Below are positions 46,562-57,424 of a stretch of 64,000 nucleotides of DNA, in pieces (position 1 is the first letter of the stretch; each line of letters begins with the position of its first letter). The stretch is from a virus (lineage: Duplodnaviria > Caudoviricetes): positions 37,398 to 101,397 of IMG/VR virus record IMGVR_UViG_2802428822_000002. The stretch is one strand, 5' to 3'. Below the pieces are notes generated by a model. That model was not told where the DNA came from. It searched no databases and was given only the letters and a program-made list of their open reading frames with translations. The translations under genes were made by a program, and so were the position numbers.

Positions 46562-46965
46562 TGTCTTCCATCATCATTGTGAACTACTTGCTGGCTCGCG
46601 ATGCCGGCGTGAAGGCGCTTGTGTCAAACAGGATCTATCCGATCCAGGCGCCGCAAGCGATCGATCAGGCCTACATCGTCACGAACAAGGTTTCCGGACG
46701 CGATCATCCGCTAACGAGCGGCGGTGGTCAGAATTATCGCGACCGAGTCTCAATTGAAGCTATCGCCCCAACAGGCGACATGGCAATTGCGATCAGCCAA
46801 GCCGCAATGAAATGCCTCGACGACGTGATTAATCGGACGTTCACGAACTACAAGGACGTGAACTGCCTGTATGCCGGCGTCGGGATCAGCGATCCTGACA
46901 ACATCAACAATGAAGCTCGCCGCGTTCTAGAGCAGTATTTCGTCTGGTGGAAATTCAAGGATTAG
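46561..46965 (+). CDS. Tail terminator/completion protein (DUF3168-like)
   Basis: LL.RD.GV.ALV.NRIYP..APQ. Confidence 0.8.
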   Translation: MSSIIIVNYLLARDAGVKALVSNRIYPIQAPQAIDQAYIVTNKVSGRDHPLTSGGGQNYRDRVSIEAIAPTGDMAIAISQAAMKCLDDVINRTFTNYKDVNCLYAGVGISDPDNINNEARRVLEQYFVWWKFKD

Positions 46966-46968
46966 CCA

Positions 46969-47490
46969 ATGGCACCATTCCGAAGATCCGGAGTCACCGG
47001 CGATAAGGAATTGATCGCCAACCTTCGTGAACTGGCAAAAGGCCCTAGCAATGCAGAGGTCGACCAGGCAGCGACACAATCTCTTCGCCCGATGCTTTCG
47101 AAGACGAAAGAGCGCCTGAAGGCAGCTCGAAACTACATCGGCAAATATCCCGGATTTCCACAGCCGAAAGTGCCGCGATCCGGAGGTCACGTTGACCAGG
47201 GTATCGTCATCCGGAAGAGCAAGGTCTCTTCCAAGTCGAAACGTTCTTACAAGCTCGGCGCAACGCGTCGATCTCGGTTCCTGCTTCATTTGGTCGAATT
47301 CGGAACGGCTCCTCATTATCAACCGCTGTTCCGAGGTGGTTGGCAACATCCAGGAGCTAAAGCTCACCCTTCATTGACGCCTTCCTTCGATGAAGAAGCC
47401 GGCAATGTTCCCAACACCTTCGGGAGACTCATATGGAACACGATGTCGAACAAGATATCGAAGATGAAAAAGGGGCCTCGCCGGAAGTAG
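46969..47490 (+). CDS. HK97 gp10-like tail component
   Basis: G.KELIANL..L...HLVEFGT...AHP.L.PSFD. Confidence 0.82.
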   Translation: MAPFRRSGVTGDKELIANLRELAKGPSNAEVDQAATQSLRPMLSKTKERLKAARNYIGKYPGFPQPKVPRSGGHVDQGIVIRKSKVSSKSKRSYKLGATRRSRFLLHLVEFGTAPHYQPLFRGGWQHPGAKAHPSLTPSFDEEAGNVPNTFGRLIWNTMSNKISKMKKGPRRK

Positions 47491-47640
47491 CCGAAAGGAA
47501 GCGACGGGGCAGGAAGCCGAAGGTTTCTGAACCTGTCGTGGAAAGCCGCGATCACGGCGAATGGAAATTCAAGCCCTGGAATGGTCTTGACCATTGGGTT
47601 CATGAGCGCACCGGCGCCAGCACGTTCCATCTGAAGAAGG

Positions 47641-48249
47641 TCAAGTAGGAGTTACGAGCCAAGCCCAAGTCCGACCGTTCATGATGTCATTGATGCACGA
47701 CGGATGGACATGAAAGCGTTCGGCTAACTGTTTGAATGTGGCGAAACCGCGAAGGCGACGAATTTCGTGAACATCATCATCAGTAAGAATGGAATGGCCA
47801 TTCTTAGATCCTCGCCCCTGCGTGCCGTGCAACGTCCGATCGGCGGCGTTCTCCTTCTTCGTCGCCCAACGAAGGTGATTTTGATTGCAGCACGCTAGAT
47901 GGCCATTGCCACATGAATGAGCGGCTTCGAAAACATGAGATGGCGGATCGCCGTGGGCGAGTATGCACATCATACGGGAAGCAGGGATATTCCCATCTCC
48001 TTGTCTCAACTGACCCTGACCGTGTTCGTTCTTATTGTATGGCCAAGGAAGGCACTCGTCGCCTTGGAAATCGCGGTGCCGCAATAGCCATTCCATTGGT
48101 TCTCCGTCCATCGTGCGGCCTACCAATGGATCGCCATAAATGCGAAGCCGACGGTAATGTGCTTTGCACATTCCGTTTCGTCCCTGCTTATCACGGTGTG
48201 CATTCCTATTGCAGCCGTCAATCGAACATGCTTTGAATCGAGTAGCCAT
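47641..48249 (-). CDS. HNH homing endonuclease inserted in the tail region
   Basis: CSIDGC, ECLPWP, AAHSCGN..CCN.NHLRWAT.KEN..D, C-terminal HTH. Confidence 0.88.
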   Translation of the reverse strand: MATRFKACSIDGCNRNAHRDKQGRNGMCKAHYRRLRIYGDPLVGRTMDGEPMEWLLRHRDFQGDECLPWPYNKNEHGQGQLRQGDGNIPASRMMCILAHGDPPSHVFEAAHSCGNGHLACCNQNHLRWATKKENAADRTLHGTQGRGSKNGHSILTDDDVHEIRRLRGFATFKQLAERFHVHPSCINDIMNGRTWAWLVTPT

Positions 48250-48437
48250 TCGCTGATCTCCTGCTGATCGCGTTGGTTAGAACCCGCCGCAATCTGCCAG
48301 GATTCGGCGGGTTCGCTGTATGTATGGTTTCCCTTCAAAGCAAACAAGAGTCACGCATCTGCTAGCCATCATGGCGGCCGATGCATCGCCCTAGTCATGC
48401 CGTTTGGGCACCGGCATTTCCTCTGAAGGAGAATAAC

Positions 48438-48893
48438 ATGCCTGTAAAGTCGACGGCAAAGGCCGGCATTGGCGTCATCTTGCAGCGGGGCAATGGAGCC
48501 TCGCCGGAAGTCTTCGCTACCATCGCAAACGTATCACAGATTTCTGCTGGTGGCGTTACGGTCAACATGATCGACGCGACGCATCTCGACTCGCCGGACT
48601 TCTATGCCGAATTCATTCCCGGCCTGAAGACGGCAGACGAATGGACCGCGACCATTGGCTGGGATCCTTCTGACCCGACGCAGAACGGCACGACTGGTCT
48701 GCGCAAGCAGATGGAAGACCGGACGAGCGCGACGTTCCGCATGAACACTGCGGCAATCGGCCTTTCGGAGTCGCTCTATGCTGAGTGCTTTGTTTCTCAG
48801 CTCGGCAACATCGAAATCACTCCCGATGGCCTTATGACGCAGTCCTTGACGCTGCGTCCGACCGGTGCGCCATATATGGTCGCCAACGCATAA
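48438..48893 (+). CDS. Major tail tube protein
   Basis: IDATHLDSPD.Y.EFIPGL...TG.P; strong SD. Confidence 0.88.
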   Translation: MPVKSTAKAGIGVILQRGNGASPEVFATIANVSQISAGGVTVNMIDATHLDSPDFYAEFIPGLKTADEWTATIGWDPSDPTQNGTTGLRKQMEDRTSATFRMNTAAIGLSESLYAECFVSQLGNIEITPDGLMTQSLTLRPTGAPYMVANA

Positions 48894-48901
48894 GGTGATT
48901 G

Positions 48902-49345
48902 ATGTCCGACAAGATTATTAGCCGGACTGAAGGTACAGTCGCTCTTCCCGAAGCCGGGGAGGGCGCCTACCTTCAATTCACGGTGCGGTCGTTTGAGATT
49001 CTCGAGACTGCCTTTCCCGATAAGGACGATCACATCAGCTTCATTATGAAGTCGATGGTGAACATGAAAGCCTCGGTTTTCGCGAAGGTAGTAGGTGCAA
49101 CACTTCAGAACTCGACCAATGGGGATATCCCGTATGGTTTGAAGTGGGAAGAGCTTACCGACCGGATCATGGATGCTCTCTGCCTTTCCATCCATGGGCG
49201 CACCGGCGAAGAGCAGAAGGCTTTCGAGCAGGAGCAGATCAACAAGCAGATCATCGATCGCTTGAAGGGAATTGAGGCAAACCCTCAACTGGCGGCGCTT
49301 CTCTCCTCGATGTCTCCTGGACAGCAGGAACAAGGGCAGGGCTGA
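48902..49345 (+). CDS. Tail assembly chaperone, with probable -1 frameshift extension to 49644
   Basis: Lies between tail tube and tape measure; -1 frame is open from 49276 to 49644. Confidence 0.75.
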   Translation: MSDKIISRTEGTVALPEAGEGAYLQFTVRSFEILETAFPDKDDHISFIMKSMVNMKASVFAKVVGATLQNSTNGDIPYGLKWEELTDRIMDALCLSIHGRTGEEQKAFEQEQINKQIIDRLKGIEANPQLAALLSSMSPGQQEQGQG

Positions 49346-49644
49346 AGCCCGATGAGATCCGTCGCCTAACCCCATTCGACATTCTGCAGTTCGCCAAACG
49401 TCGAGGCGACGTGCGGCACGAAGAGATCGTGCACCTGGCATGGCTCACAGGCATGCTTACCGGGACCGCCACAAACGCTCCGAAAAGCTTCCCGAAATCG
49501 CCGAATGAACTTCTCAAGAAATCGGAGCCGGTCAAGCCGATGACTCCGAAGCAGTGGGAAGTCATGGTCAAATATTTGAGCGGCGGAAATCGACAAAAGC
49601 CGAAGAAAAAGAACAGCATCAAATACCCGCCAAGGCAGGATTAA

Positions 49645-52600
49645 ATGGCTACTGAAGTCGGCAATATCCACATCGGTCTATATGTGGATGTGGGCGAAAG
49701 CCGCCGATTCACCGACGTCGCGAATATCGTTGAAAAGAGCTCAATGCGGATGAATTCCGCATTGGGCCATACGTCGACGGCTGTCCGCGCGTTGCGGGGT
49801 CAGATGAGCCAAAACTTGCAGTTCCGGGTGGCTCAGAACTCGCTTCGTGACCTGACTCGAGCAACCGACGCTACGACACAGTTGCGTGCTGCAATCGTCG
49901 GCCTGTCGTCGGTCGCAACGGGCAGCCTGACTGGCGCATTCTCCGCGGCGTATCTCATACAAATGGCGGACAAAGCCCGCCTGCTGAATAACCAGATCAA
50001 GACTGTAACGAGCAGTTCGACCGAGTTCGGCGCGATCCAGGAGTCGTTGTTCCAGGTGTCGCAGAGAACGAGATCTTCGTTCGAAGCTACAACGACCCTG
50101 TATGCCCGCATGGCGCGAGCAACTGATCATTTCGGTCTGTCGCAGGAGAGGCTTCTTCGCACAACCGAGACGATCCAGAAGGCATTTGCGATCGGCGGCG
50201 CTTCACCTCAGGAAGCCCAGGGCGCCGCAATCCAGCTCTCGCAGGGTATCGCTTCTGACCGCCTAGGTGGTGAAGAATTCCGGTCGGTCGCTGAAAACGC
50301 GCCGGTACTTCTGAAAGGCATCGCTGCTGCTTTGGGCGTTAATATCGGCAAGCTCCGCGAGATGGCGCACGCCGGCGAACTGACGGCGCAGGTTGTCACT
50401 GAAGCTATCCTGAAGTCGAGCGAAGACATCGACAAAGCTTTCGGCAAAATGGTTCCGACTGTTGCTCAATCCTGGACCATGCTGAACAACGCGATCCTTC
50501 GCTACACCGGTGAATCCGATGAAGCATATGGCATAACGAAGAATATCGCTTCTGCGATCGCGGGCCTGGCTGAGAACCTCGAAGACGTGATGTATTGGGT
50601 CACGCGCGTTACGGCTGGCCTTGGGCTGCTTTATGCTGCCCGAAAGGTTACGCTGAGCGCTCAAGGATTTGTCGGAGGCGTTCGCGCAAACAACGCTGCT
50701 GCTGCCGATTTCGCATCGGGTTTGACTGATCAGGGCCAAGCGATATCCAAGCGGCTTGTTGATCTCGACAAAGAGCGAGCAACCGTCACGCAGAAAGTCG
50801 CGAGCGCCAATGCTGCCGTTGTCTCCAGCCTTCAGCGTCAGGTCGACGAAGGCAAGAAGCTCGTCCGTGATAATGCTCTGCGCATTCTTCAGACGCGCGA
50901 CGGAAGCAAGGCGCAATTGCAGGCGATTGAGAGGTACGAACGTTCCGTCGCCAGCCTTCAGTCGAGAGTGCAAAAGCTCGCATCGACGCCGCTGGTTTCG
51001 AATGAATCGGCTGATGTTCAACGCCGACTCGCTGACATTGACTCGGAACGCGCTGTTCTGATCGAGAAGCAGGTTCAAAATACCGCGAAACTTGAGGCCG
51101 CCCAGAAGCGCATGAGCGCTCTTCGTCGAGGTGGCGCTAATATCCTTGGCGCCTTTGGCGGCGTATCGGGATTGGCTGTTACGCTGGGTATCATGGGCGT
51201 CGTCGCTGCAGTTGGTTCATATGCGGCGAGCCTACAGCGGTCGGCAGAAGCGACGCAGAACATGAAGGACGAGCTCAACGCGCTGGGACTTCTATCTGAC
51301 GAAGCGGCCGGCAAGATCGACAAGACGACGAAGTCGCTCAAAGAGCTGTCTGCTGACGAGCTCCGCGACAAACTGCGCGGGGTGAATGAGGAGATCCAGA
51401 AGCTTTCCAGCCAGGACTCCACGGTAAAGAACGTCTGGGACAGTCTCTTCGGCGAAGGGGAATTGTCCATCGGCGAGATCCAGAGGCAGCTAGAGTCCGT
51501 CATCAATAATCCGTCACGCGCAGTTGGTGGCGTGAACCGGAACGCTGCTTCGCAGATCAAGGAGCTCATCGATCAGGCAAAGGCCGGCTCAGTCACGCTT
51601 GAAGAGGCGCAGAGCCGCCTCGATAAGATCGCCGCTGTCAAGCTTTCTCCGGAGATGGATAAGCTCATAGGGGCGACAAGGTCTGCACTTCCGTATTTTG
51701 ATGCTCTGATCGAGCGCCAAAAGCAACTGAACGAGGAGATCAGTGCGCCAACGAAGCGCCCGGAAGAGCGGTATTGGAATACGAGGACACTCGCTGCTCA
51801 AAATCAGCAAAAGATCCAGGCGGCGCAGGACTCCGTCGTCACCACGTTGGTCGATGAAGCGAACCTCAATGAGTCGGAAAAGCGTATCAAGGCGATCATG
51901 GATCAGATCGTCAAAGATATGGAGAAGGCCGGGCAGACGATAAACAGTGCGGCCGTCCGCGCAGACGCAGAACGCGTCTATGCGACGGAGCAAAGAACGT
52001 CTGATATCGGAAACGCGACTGAGCTGATTAAGGGATTTGAGAGTTTCAGGTCCACCCCATACTGGGACGTGAACGCTTATCGCGTCGGTTATGGCTCTGA
52101 TACCGTCACGCTTTCAGATGGATCAATCCAGAAGGTAACTCAGGGCATCTCGGTAACCATGGCCGATGCCAATAGGGACCTGGAACGGCGGATAGGGGAG
52201 TTTCAAGACACAATCCGTTCGCAAATAGGCGCTGGCACCTTCGAGTCGATGGACAAGAGCCAGCAGGCAGCGCTGACGTCCATAGCGTACAATTATGGTG
52301 ATCTACCGGATCGCATCGTTGAAGCTATTCGCTCTGGCGATCAGCGGACTGTCTATAACGCGATTAAGGGGCTCGGCTCAGACAACGGTGGCGTCAATCG
52401 CGGTCGGCGCAATCAGGAGGCGGAACTTTACCTTTCCGGCACTTCAAAGATCACCCAGTCCACCGTCGGGTTTGATAAGACTTTAGAATCCCAGCAGCGA
52501 ATGCTTGATGCACTGTTGGCTGAGACAGGCATTCGACAGCAGCTTAATCCGCTGGTCAATGATTATGGGAAGGCGTTGTCGACGCTCGAAGCTGCGCAGC

Positions 52601-53493
52601 AGTTGCTGAATGCAGCGCAAGAGCAGGGAACCGCGGCCGGAAATGAGCTGAAAAATGTTCAGCAACTCCTGAAAGGTGATTTCAGTAGCCTGACGCCAGA
52701 AGCCAGGGCTCAAGCCGAAGCAATGCTCGCTCTTGCGCAAAAGACGGGAGAAGCGACGGCGTCTGGCAACCGTATGGAGGAGTCTCAAGAAAGGCTACGC
52801 AATCGTCTTCAGCAATCGTCCGAGCTCGGCAAAAGCGTATTCGGCGGCATCATCGATGACATCCGTAGCGGTGCGTCCGCCGGCGAGATCCTGAACAACG
52901 TCTTCGACAAACTTCTCGACAAGATGATCGAGATGTCGCTGACCAGCATCTTCGATGGAACATCGGGTGTCGCTGGCGGCGGTCCGTTGGGAGGCTTATT
53001 CAGCGGTCTGTTCAGCCTCTTCGGGTTCGACGACGGCGGCTACACAGGCCCGGGTGGTAAGAAGAAGCCAGCCGGTGTGGTCCACGCCGGTGAATTCGTC
53101 TTCGACGCTGAGGCGACTCGAAAGGCTGGCGTTGAAAACCTTTATCGCATGATGGACATGCTGAAGGGCAACAGCCTGCTGTCCATGCCTGGTTATGACA
53201 TGGGGGGATTCGTCGGCCGCGTGAGCATGCCGTCGTTCGATGTCGGAGGCTATGCCAATGACAATTCGACGCTCTCGACCATGGCCGGTGGTCTCCAGCG
53301 CGTTCAGCCCATGAAGGTGATCATCGAATCCAACGATGAGAAGTTTCGTGTGTTTGTTCGCGATGAAGCGACCGGCGTTGTCGAAGAGGCATCGCCACAA
53401 ATCATCAAGACTTCGGTTCAAGCGTCGTCACAGAATGTTATGCCAACAGTCGCAAAATATAACAGCGAGAAGGCCGGAGCGGAGTGGCGTTAA
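49645..53493 (+). CDS. Tape measure protein with an embedded lysozyme-like domain
   Basis: 1282 aa; QLSQG...GEEFRSVAENAP tape-measure domain; IKGFE.FR..PYWD...YRVGYG..RR.QEA muramidase motifs. Confidence 0.93.
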   Translation: MATEVGNIHIGLYVDVGESRRFTDVANIVEKSSMRMNSALGHTSTAVRALRGQMSQNLQFRVAQNSLRDLTRATDATTQLRAAIVGLSSVATGSLTGAFSAAYLIQMADKARLLNNQIKTVTSSSTEFGAIQESLFQVSQRTRSSFEATTTLYARMARATDHFGLSQERLLRTTETIQKAFAIGGASPQEAQGAAIQLSQGIASDRLGGEEFRSVAENAPVLLKGIAAALGVNIGKLREMAHAGELTAQVVTEAILKSSEDIDKAFGKMVPTVAQSWTMLNNAILRYTGESDEAYGITKNIASAIAGLAENLEDVMYWVTRVTAGLGLLYAARKVTLSAQGFVGGVRANNAAAADFASGLTDQGQAISKRLVDLDKERATVTQKVASANAAVVSSLQRQVDEGKKLVRDNALRILQTRDGSKAQLQAIERYERSVASLQSRVQKLASTPLVSNESADVQRRLADIDSERAVLIEKQVQNTAKLEAAQKRMSALRRGGANILGAFGGVSGLAVTLGIMGVVAAVGSYAASLQRSAEATQNMKDELNALGLLSDEAAGKIDKTTKSLKELSADELRDKLRGVNEEIQKLSSQDSTVKNVWDSLFGEGELSIGEIQRQLESVINNPSRAVGGVNRNAASQIKELIDQAKAGSVTLEEAQSRLDKIAAVKLSPEMDKLIGATRSALPYFDALIERQKQLNEEISAPTKRPEERYWNTRTLAAQNQQKIQAAQDSVVTTLVDEANLNESEKRIKAIMDQIVKDMEKAGQTINSAAVRADAERVYATEQRTSDIGNATELIKGFESFRSTPYWDVNAYRVGYGSDTVTLSDGSIQKVTQGISVTMADANRDLERRIGEFQDTIRSQIGAGTFESMDKSQQAALTSIAYNYGDLPDRIVEAIRSGDQRTVYNAIKGLGSDNGGVNRGRRNQEAELYLSGTSKITQSTVGFDKTLESQQRMLDALLAETGIRQQLNPLVNDYGKALSTLEAAQQLLNAAQEQGTAAGNELKNVQQLLKGDFSSLTPEARAQAEAMLALAQKTGEATASGNRMEESQERLRNRLQQSSELGKSVFGGIIDDIRSGASAGEILNNVFDKLLDKMIEMSLTSIFDGTSGVAGGGPLGGLFSGLFSLFGFDDGGYTGPGGKKKPAGVVHAGEFVFDAEATRKAGVENLYRMMDMLKGNSLLSMPGYDMGGFVGRVSMPSFDVGGYANDNSTLSTMAGGLQRVQPMKVIIESNDEKFRVFVRDEATGVVEEASPQIIKTSVQASSQNVMPTVAKYNSEKAGAEWR

Positions 53494-54191
53494 TGGCTGA
53501 TTTCATCGAATGGCCGCGCCTTCTCGCCCCGGCCGAATGCCGACCAAACCCGGTGCCTTTCACTCGAGGCGGCCGCACTCTCGGAGGTGTCAATCCGAGC
53601 GTGCGTACCGACCTTGGATTTTGGTCCATTGAACTGAAGAACATCCCGGTTCACTCGCGGGAGCAGAGACAGACATGGCAGGCGATACGGAGATACCTTG
53701 GCGGTAAAGCCGGAGTTATCGCTGTGCCGGCATGGTCAAGAGATACAGCGCCATATGTTTCCGGTGAGTACGAGCCGCCGGGTGAAACGACCCACGACGA
53801 TGACACGCTATTCGACGACGGCACGCCATATACGCAGGGTGCCATATCGGTAGTCACCGATGGCGTAACCCCTCTTAGCGCAACGTCGATACGGCTCCGT
53901 ATCATCCAAGCTGACACAAACCTTGTGGGGGTCAGGTTCTCATACGCGCATGCTCTCTATGAGACAGGACCAGTTATCTCGATCGATGGCGACATTTGGG
54001 AAGTAACTATCTCGCCGTCGGTACGGGCCTTGATTCCGGCTGGCTCTGATCTGGAATTCGACTTTCCAACATGCCTTTGTAATCTCGAAGATGACCGCGG
54101 CATGGATGGCGGACTGGACACCACCGGATTTGAGTCTCGGTCTGTTACGTTTGTCGAGGCCGTTGATTACTGGTCCAATGTAGACGCCTAG
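53493..54191 (+). CDS. Distal tail protein (putative)
   Basis: Position after the tape measure gene. Confidence 0.7.
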   Translation: MADFIEWPRLLAPAECRPNPVPFTRGGRTLGGVNPSVRTDLGFWSIELKNIPVHSREQRQTWQAIRRYLGGKAGVIAVPAWSRDTAPYVSGEYEPPGETTHDDDTLFDDGTPYTQGAISVVTDGVTPLSATSIRLRIIQADTNLVGVRFSYAHALYETGPVISIDGDIWEVTISPSVRALIPAGSDLEFDFPTCLCNLEDDRGMDGGLDTTGFESRSVTFVEAVDYWSNVDA

Positions 54192-54244
54192 CTGCAAGAT
54201 AGAAACATCAACAGCTTTCCGCCAACACAATCATCTCGAAATCA

Positions 54245-54268
54245 AAGCTCGCTCTGGCGGGCTTTTTT
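54245..54268 (+). terminator. Rho-independent terminator
   Basis: AAGCTCGC-TCTG-GCGGGCTT followed by a T tract. Confidence 0.65.
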
Positions 54269-54283
54269 GTTTTTGGGCGCCCA

Positions 54284-54859
54284 ATGGCCAAAAAGAAGTC
54301 CCTGCGCATCCTGTGCGATGTCGTCTTGCCGGAAGATACCATTCTTATCTGGGATGGATCTGGCGGCCGGTTTGTCGATGGAGACGGCAACATTTATCGG
54401 CCGGCGCAATTCAATGAAGATGCGCTGCAGTCAATACAGGCGGCCATCAATGGCGAAGCTTACACGCTTTCGTTGTCTCTCATCAGTATCTCGCAGTCCG
54501 CTGCCGATCAGATCTGGGATTATGATGAAACGAATAGCGTTCAGGGATCGCCGTTCATTGTTAAGCTTCAGTTTCTTGATTGGAACGACCAGCCCGACGG
54601 TGATCCTGAAGTGGTTTTTTCTGGTGTTATCGACAACCTCGATGTCGCGGATGAGGCCGATCAAAACGGGATACGATCCACCGTCAACATCGAAATCACC
54701 AACCGCTTCACGCTACGCACCGTCACGAACGGCGCTGTTCTGTCTGACGTCGACCAGCGAGCTCGATCGGCGATCTTGAATCCATCAGCCGCCGACGACG
54801 AGTTTTGCAAGCGCGTGCCGCTGATGCGGGATCAAACGATAAAATGGCCCAATTGGTAG
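54284..54859 (+). CDS. Tail tip protein
   Basis: Position; F.G.ID, SD.DQ..R...D.FC..V pattern. Confidence 0.7.
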   Translation: MAKKKSLRILCDVVLPEDTILIWDGSGGRFVDGDGNIYRPAQFNEDALQSIQAAINGEAYTLSLSLISISQSAADQIWDYDETNSVQGSPFIVKLQFLDWNDQPDGDPEVVFSGVIDNLDVADEADQNGIRSTVNIEITNRFTLRTVTNGAVLSDVDQRARSAILNPSAADDEFCKRVPLMRDQTIKWPNW

Positions 54860-55251
54860 TCAACACGCTGGGCTCCTTCCTCGCTGACAACAATGCGCGC
54901 CCATGGCAACCTGGCAAAGTCGACTGCTGCATTGTTTTAGCAGACTGGGCAATCTGGCTTGGCCATAGCGATCCGGCCGCCCACCTGCGGGGTGCCTACG
55001 ATAACGACGAAGGCTTTCGAGCCATCATAGCGGCACACCAAGGTGCCGTTCCTGTCGTGTCTGTCTGCGTTGCCAATATAGGTGGCCAGCCAACCAGTAA
55101 GCCAGAGCGCGGCGACATCGGCGTAATTGGCAGCACAACCAACATTCACCGGCAATTCGGAGCGATCCACGACGGCAAATCGTGGCTCGTCAGAATGCAC
55201 GGCGGCTTTGGTCAGATGACGGCCAAAATTCTAGCAGCCTGGAAAATCTGA
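54844..55251 (+). CDS. NlpC/P60-like tail tip assembly protein
   Basis: PWQPGKVDCC..LADW, P.RGDIG. Confidence 0.75.
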   Translation: MAQLVVNTLGSFLADNNARPWQPGKVDCCIVLADWAIWLGHSDPAAHLRGAYDNDEGFRAIIAAHQGAVPVVSVCVANIGGQPTSKPERGDIGVIGSTTNIHRQFGAIHDGKSWLVRMHGGFGQMTAKILAAWKI

Positions 55252-57363
55252 ATGCCCGGAGTTATCGAGACCATTGCGCTGATCGTTTCATCGGTCGCGA
55301 CGACGACGCTTGCCGCGAATGCGCTTTACCTTGGCACCTATGCGCTAGCGCTGGGCGGCCTGGCGTTCGGCGCGCAGGCTCTTCAAAGCTTGTTCGTACA
55401 GAAACCCTCAGTGCCTAGGCCAGACGACGGCAGTTACAATCTCAAGCAGAGCGTTCCGTCGCTTTCCTATGTGCTTGGCACGACCAAGAAGGGTGGAGAT
55501 TACGTCTTTCTCGAGGAACACAGAGGCACTGCGTACCACATCATTGTCTGGGCCGGTCATCGCATCCAAGGCTATGTGCAGCACTATCTGCATGACGACA
55601 GGGTAACGCTAGATGGCTCCGGCGATGTTACCTCTCCCTCGCATTATGATGAAAAGGTAAGAATTCTAACCAAGCTCGGCCTAAACGCCGAGACCGCCTA
55701 CGCCGATATTGTTGCGAGATTCCCGACAATCTGGAACAACAATTGCCGGGGCGACGGCCTCGCGTCAGTGTTGATGCGGGTTCTAACCGTAGATTCCGAA
55801 GACTATCTCGACACTTTCCCCAACCAGATGCCGGAGCATTCGGTGGTCGGCAACGGCGCGCTTCTTTACGATCCTCGTAAAGACAGCACACAAGGTGGCT
55901 CAGGTTCCCATCGGTACAACAATCCATCGACGTGGGAATTTTCGAAGAACATCGCGCTCATGCGCCTCTGGCATCTCTGCCACCCAGTCGGCGGCAAGAT
56001 GGCCTACGAGAACATGTATCTGCCGGACTGGATCAATGCGGCCACGGTCTGCGATCAGAACGTCACAAACCGCACGGGCGGTACGGAGAAGCGCTATAAC
56101 GGTGGCTTCTGGTTCCGCGCGAGCAATGATCCGATCGAGGTTGGACGCGTCATGGACGAGGCGGCCGAAATGGTCGTCTACGAGCGCGCTGACGGCAAGA
56201 TAGGCGTACACGCCGGTGAATATGTTGCGCCAGACATCACGCTGACGGCTATTAACACCTACAGCATTCGTGTCGACAAGAACAAGCGTCGCTCGGCGAC
56301 GGTGCTCGGTGTTCGCGGTAGGTATGTCAATACGGCGAAGGATTACATCACGGAAGACGCCGCTATCTATGGTGATCCTTACGGTGATATCGACGACAAC
56401 ACCGAGCGAACGAAGACATTCGAAAACGCCCTAATCCAGAGCCACAATCACTGCCAGCGCAAACAGAAGCTTGTTTATATACGTGCCAATGCGCGCAAGG
56501 TTTCAGTTGTAGCTGACTACACAGCAGACGACGTTCGCAAGGTTCCTTACCGGCGCTTCGTGACGGTTCACTATCCTTCTAGGGGGCTCACTAACGCAAC
56601 GATTGAGATCACATCGAGCGTGAGCATCGATCTGCGCAACATGCGCGTCTCGTTCTCGGGTATTCTGGTGGATTCGACGCTGTACGATTTCGACGCAGCA
56701 ACAGAGGAGGGCGTGCCTGGCGAGTCCGTCGAGCCGTTGCCGGATGAAGGCGTTCCTGAACCGGTCGACTTCGCGGCGACGATTCAGACGGAAGTGGTCT
56801 CAGGCGGCGCAACAGCCGCCTTTATTCTGGCCACATGGGACTTCGAAGCCGATACCCTGACTTACGAGTTGGAGTACGATCGCACGAGTGGATCGACCGG
56901 GGTGCAACAGGCGTTTTCAAATGCCGGCGATACGCAGGTGCGCTCTGGCTACCTTGTCGACGGCGAAGAGTACAAATGCAGGCTGAGAGCCTACGGCGGC
57001 GGATCTAAGTCTAATTGGACGGATTACATCCTCCTGACGGCGACAGCCGATCCTGTGTCGCCTGGGCCGGTAACCTCGGTCAGTGTGGATGTGTCGACTC
57101 CAGGAGAGGCGACGTTCCAGTGGACGGCGCCGAACAGCAGTAACTATTACGCCTGCCGCGTGTACATCAACACGGTGAACAATCTTGGAACAGCAACGCT
57201 AGTGGCGACTGAATATGGTCCGCCTAGCGCTGTTGATGCGCGCACAGCCACCAGTTTGTCGCCCAACAATTACTACGGCTGGCTTGTGGCAATAAATCCG
57301 TCAGGCAAGCCTAGCAATCCAGCCGACAATGATGTCGCGACTGGCCTCTTCGTCGTCACCTAA
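55252..57363 (+). CDS. Central tail / host-specificity protein with C-terminal FN3-like domains
   Basis: G.LLYDPRKDST..GSG.HR...STW.FS.N; C-terminal FN3-like repeats. Confidence 0.85.
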   Translation: MPGVIETIALIVSSVATTTLAANALYLGTYALALGGLAFGAQALQSLFVQKPSVPRPDDGSYNLKQSVPSLSYVLGTTKKGGDYVFLEEHRGTAYHIIVWAGHRIQGYVQHYLHDDRVTLDGSGDVTSPSHYDEKVRILTKLGLNAETAYADIVARFPTIWNNNCRGDGLASVLMRVLTVDSEDYLDTFPNQMPEHSVVGNGALLYDPRKDSTQGGSGSHRYNNPSTWEFSKNIALMRLWHLCHPVGGKMAYENMYLPDWINAATVCDQNVTNRTGGTEKRYNGGFWFRASNDPIEVGRVMDEAAEMVVYERADGKIGVHAGEYVAPDITLTAINTYSIRVDKNKRRSATVLGVRGRYVNTAKDYITEDAAIYGDPYGDIDDNTERTKTFENALIQSHNHCQRKQKLVYIRANARKVSVVADYTADDVRKVPYRRFVTVHYPSRGLTNATIEITSSVSIDLRNMRVSFSGILVDSTLYDFDAATEEGVPGESVEPLPDEGVPEPVDFAATIQTEVVSGGATAAFILATWDFEADTLTYELEYDRTSGSTGVQQAFSNAGDTQVRSGYLVDGEEYKCRLRAYGGGSKSNWTDYILLTATADPVSPGPVTSVSVDVSTPGEATFQWTAPNSSNYYACRVYINTVNNLGTATLVATEYGPPSAVDARTATSLSPNNYYGWLVAINPSGKPSNPADNDVATGLFVVT

Positions 57364-57424
57364 TCCAACGAAAATTCCTGGAATTCCAACCCGCATCGCG
57401 CGGTTGTTCTTATGTGGAGATCCC

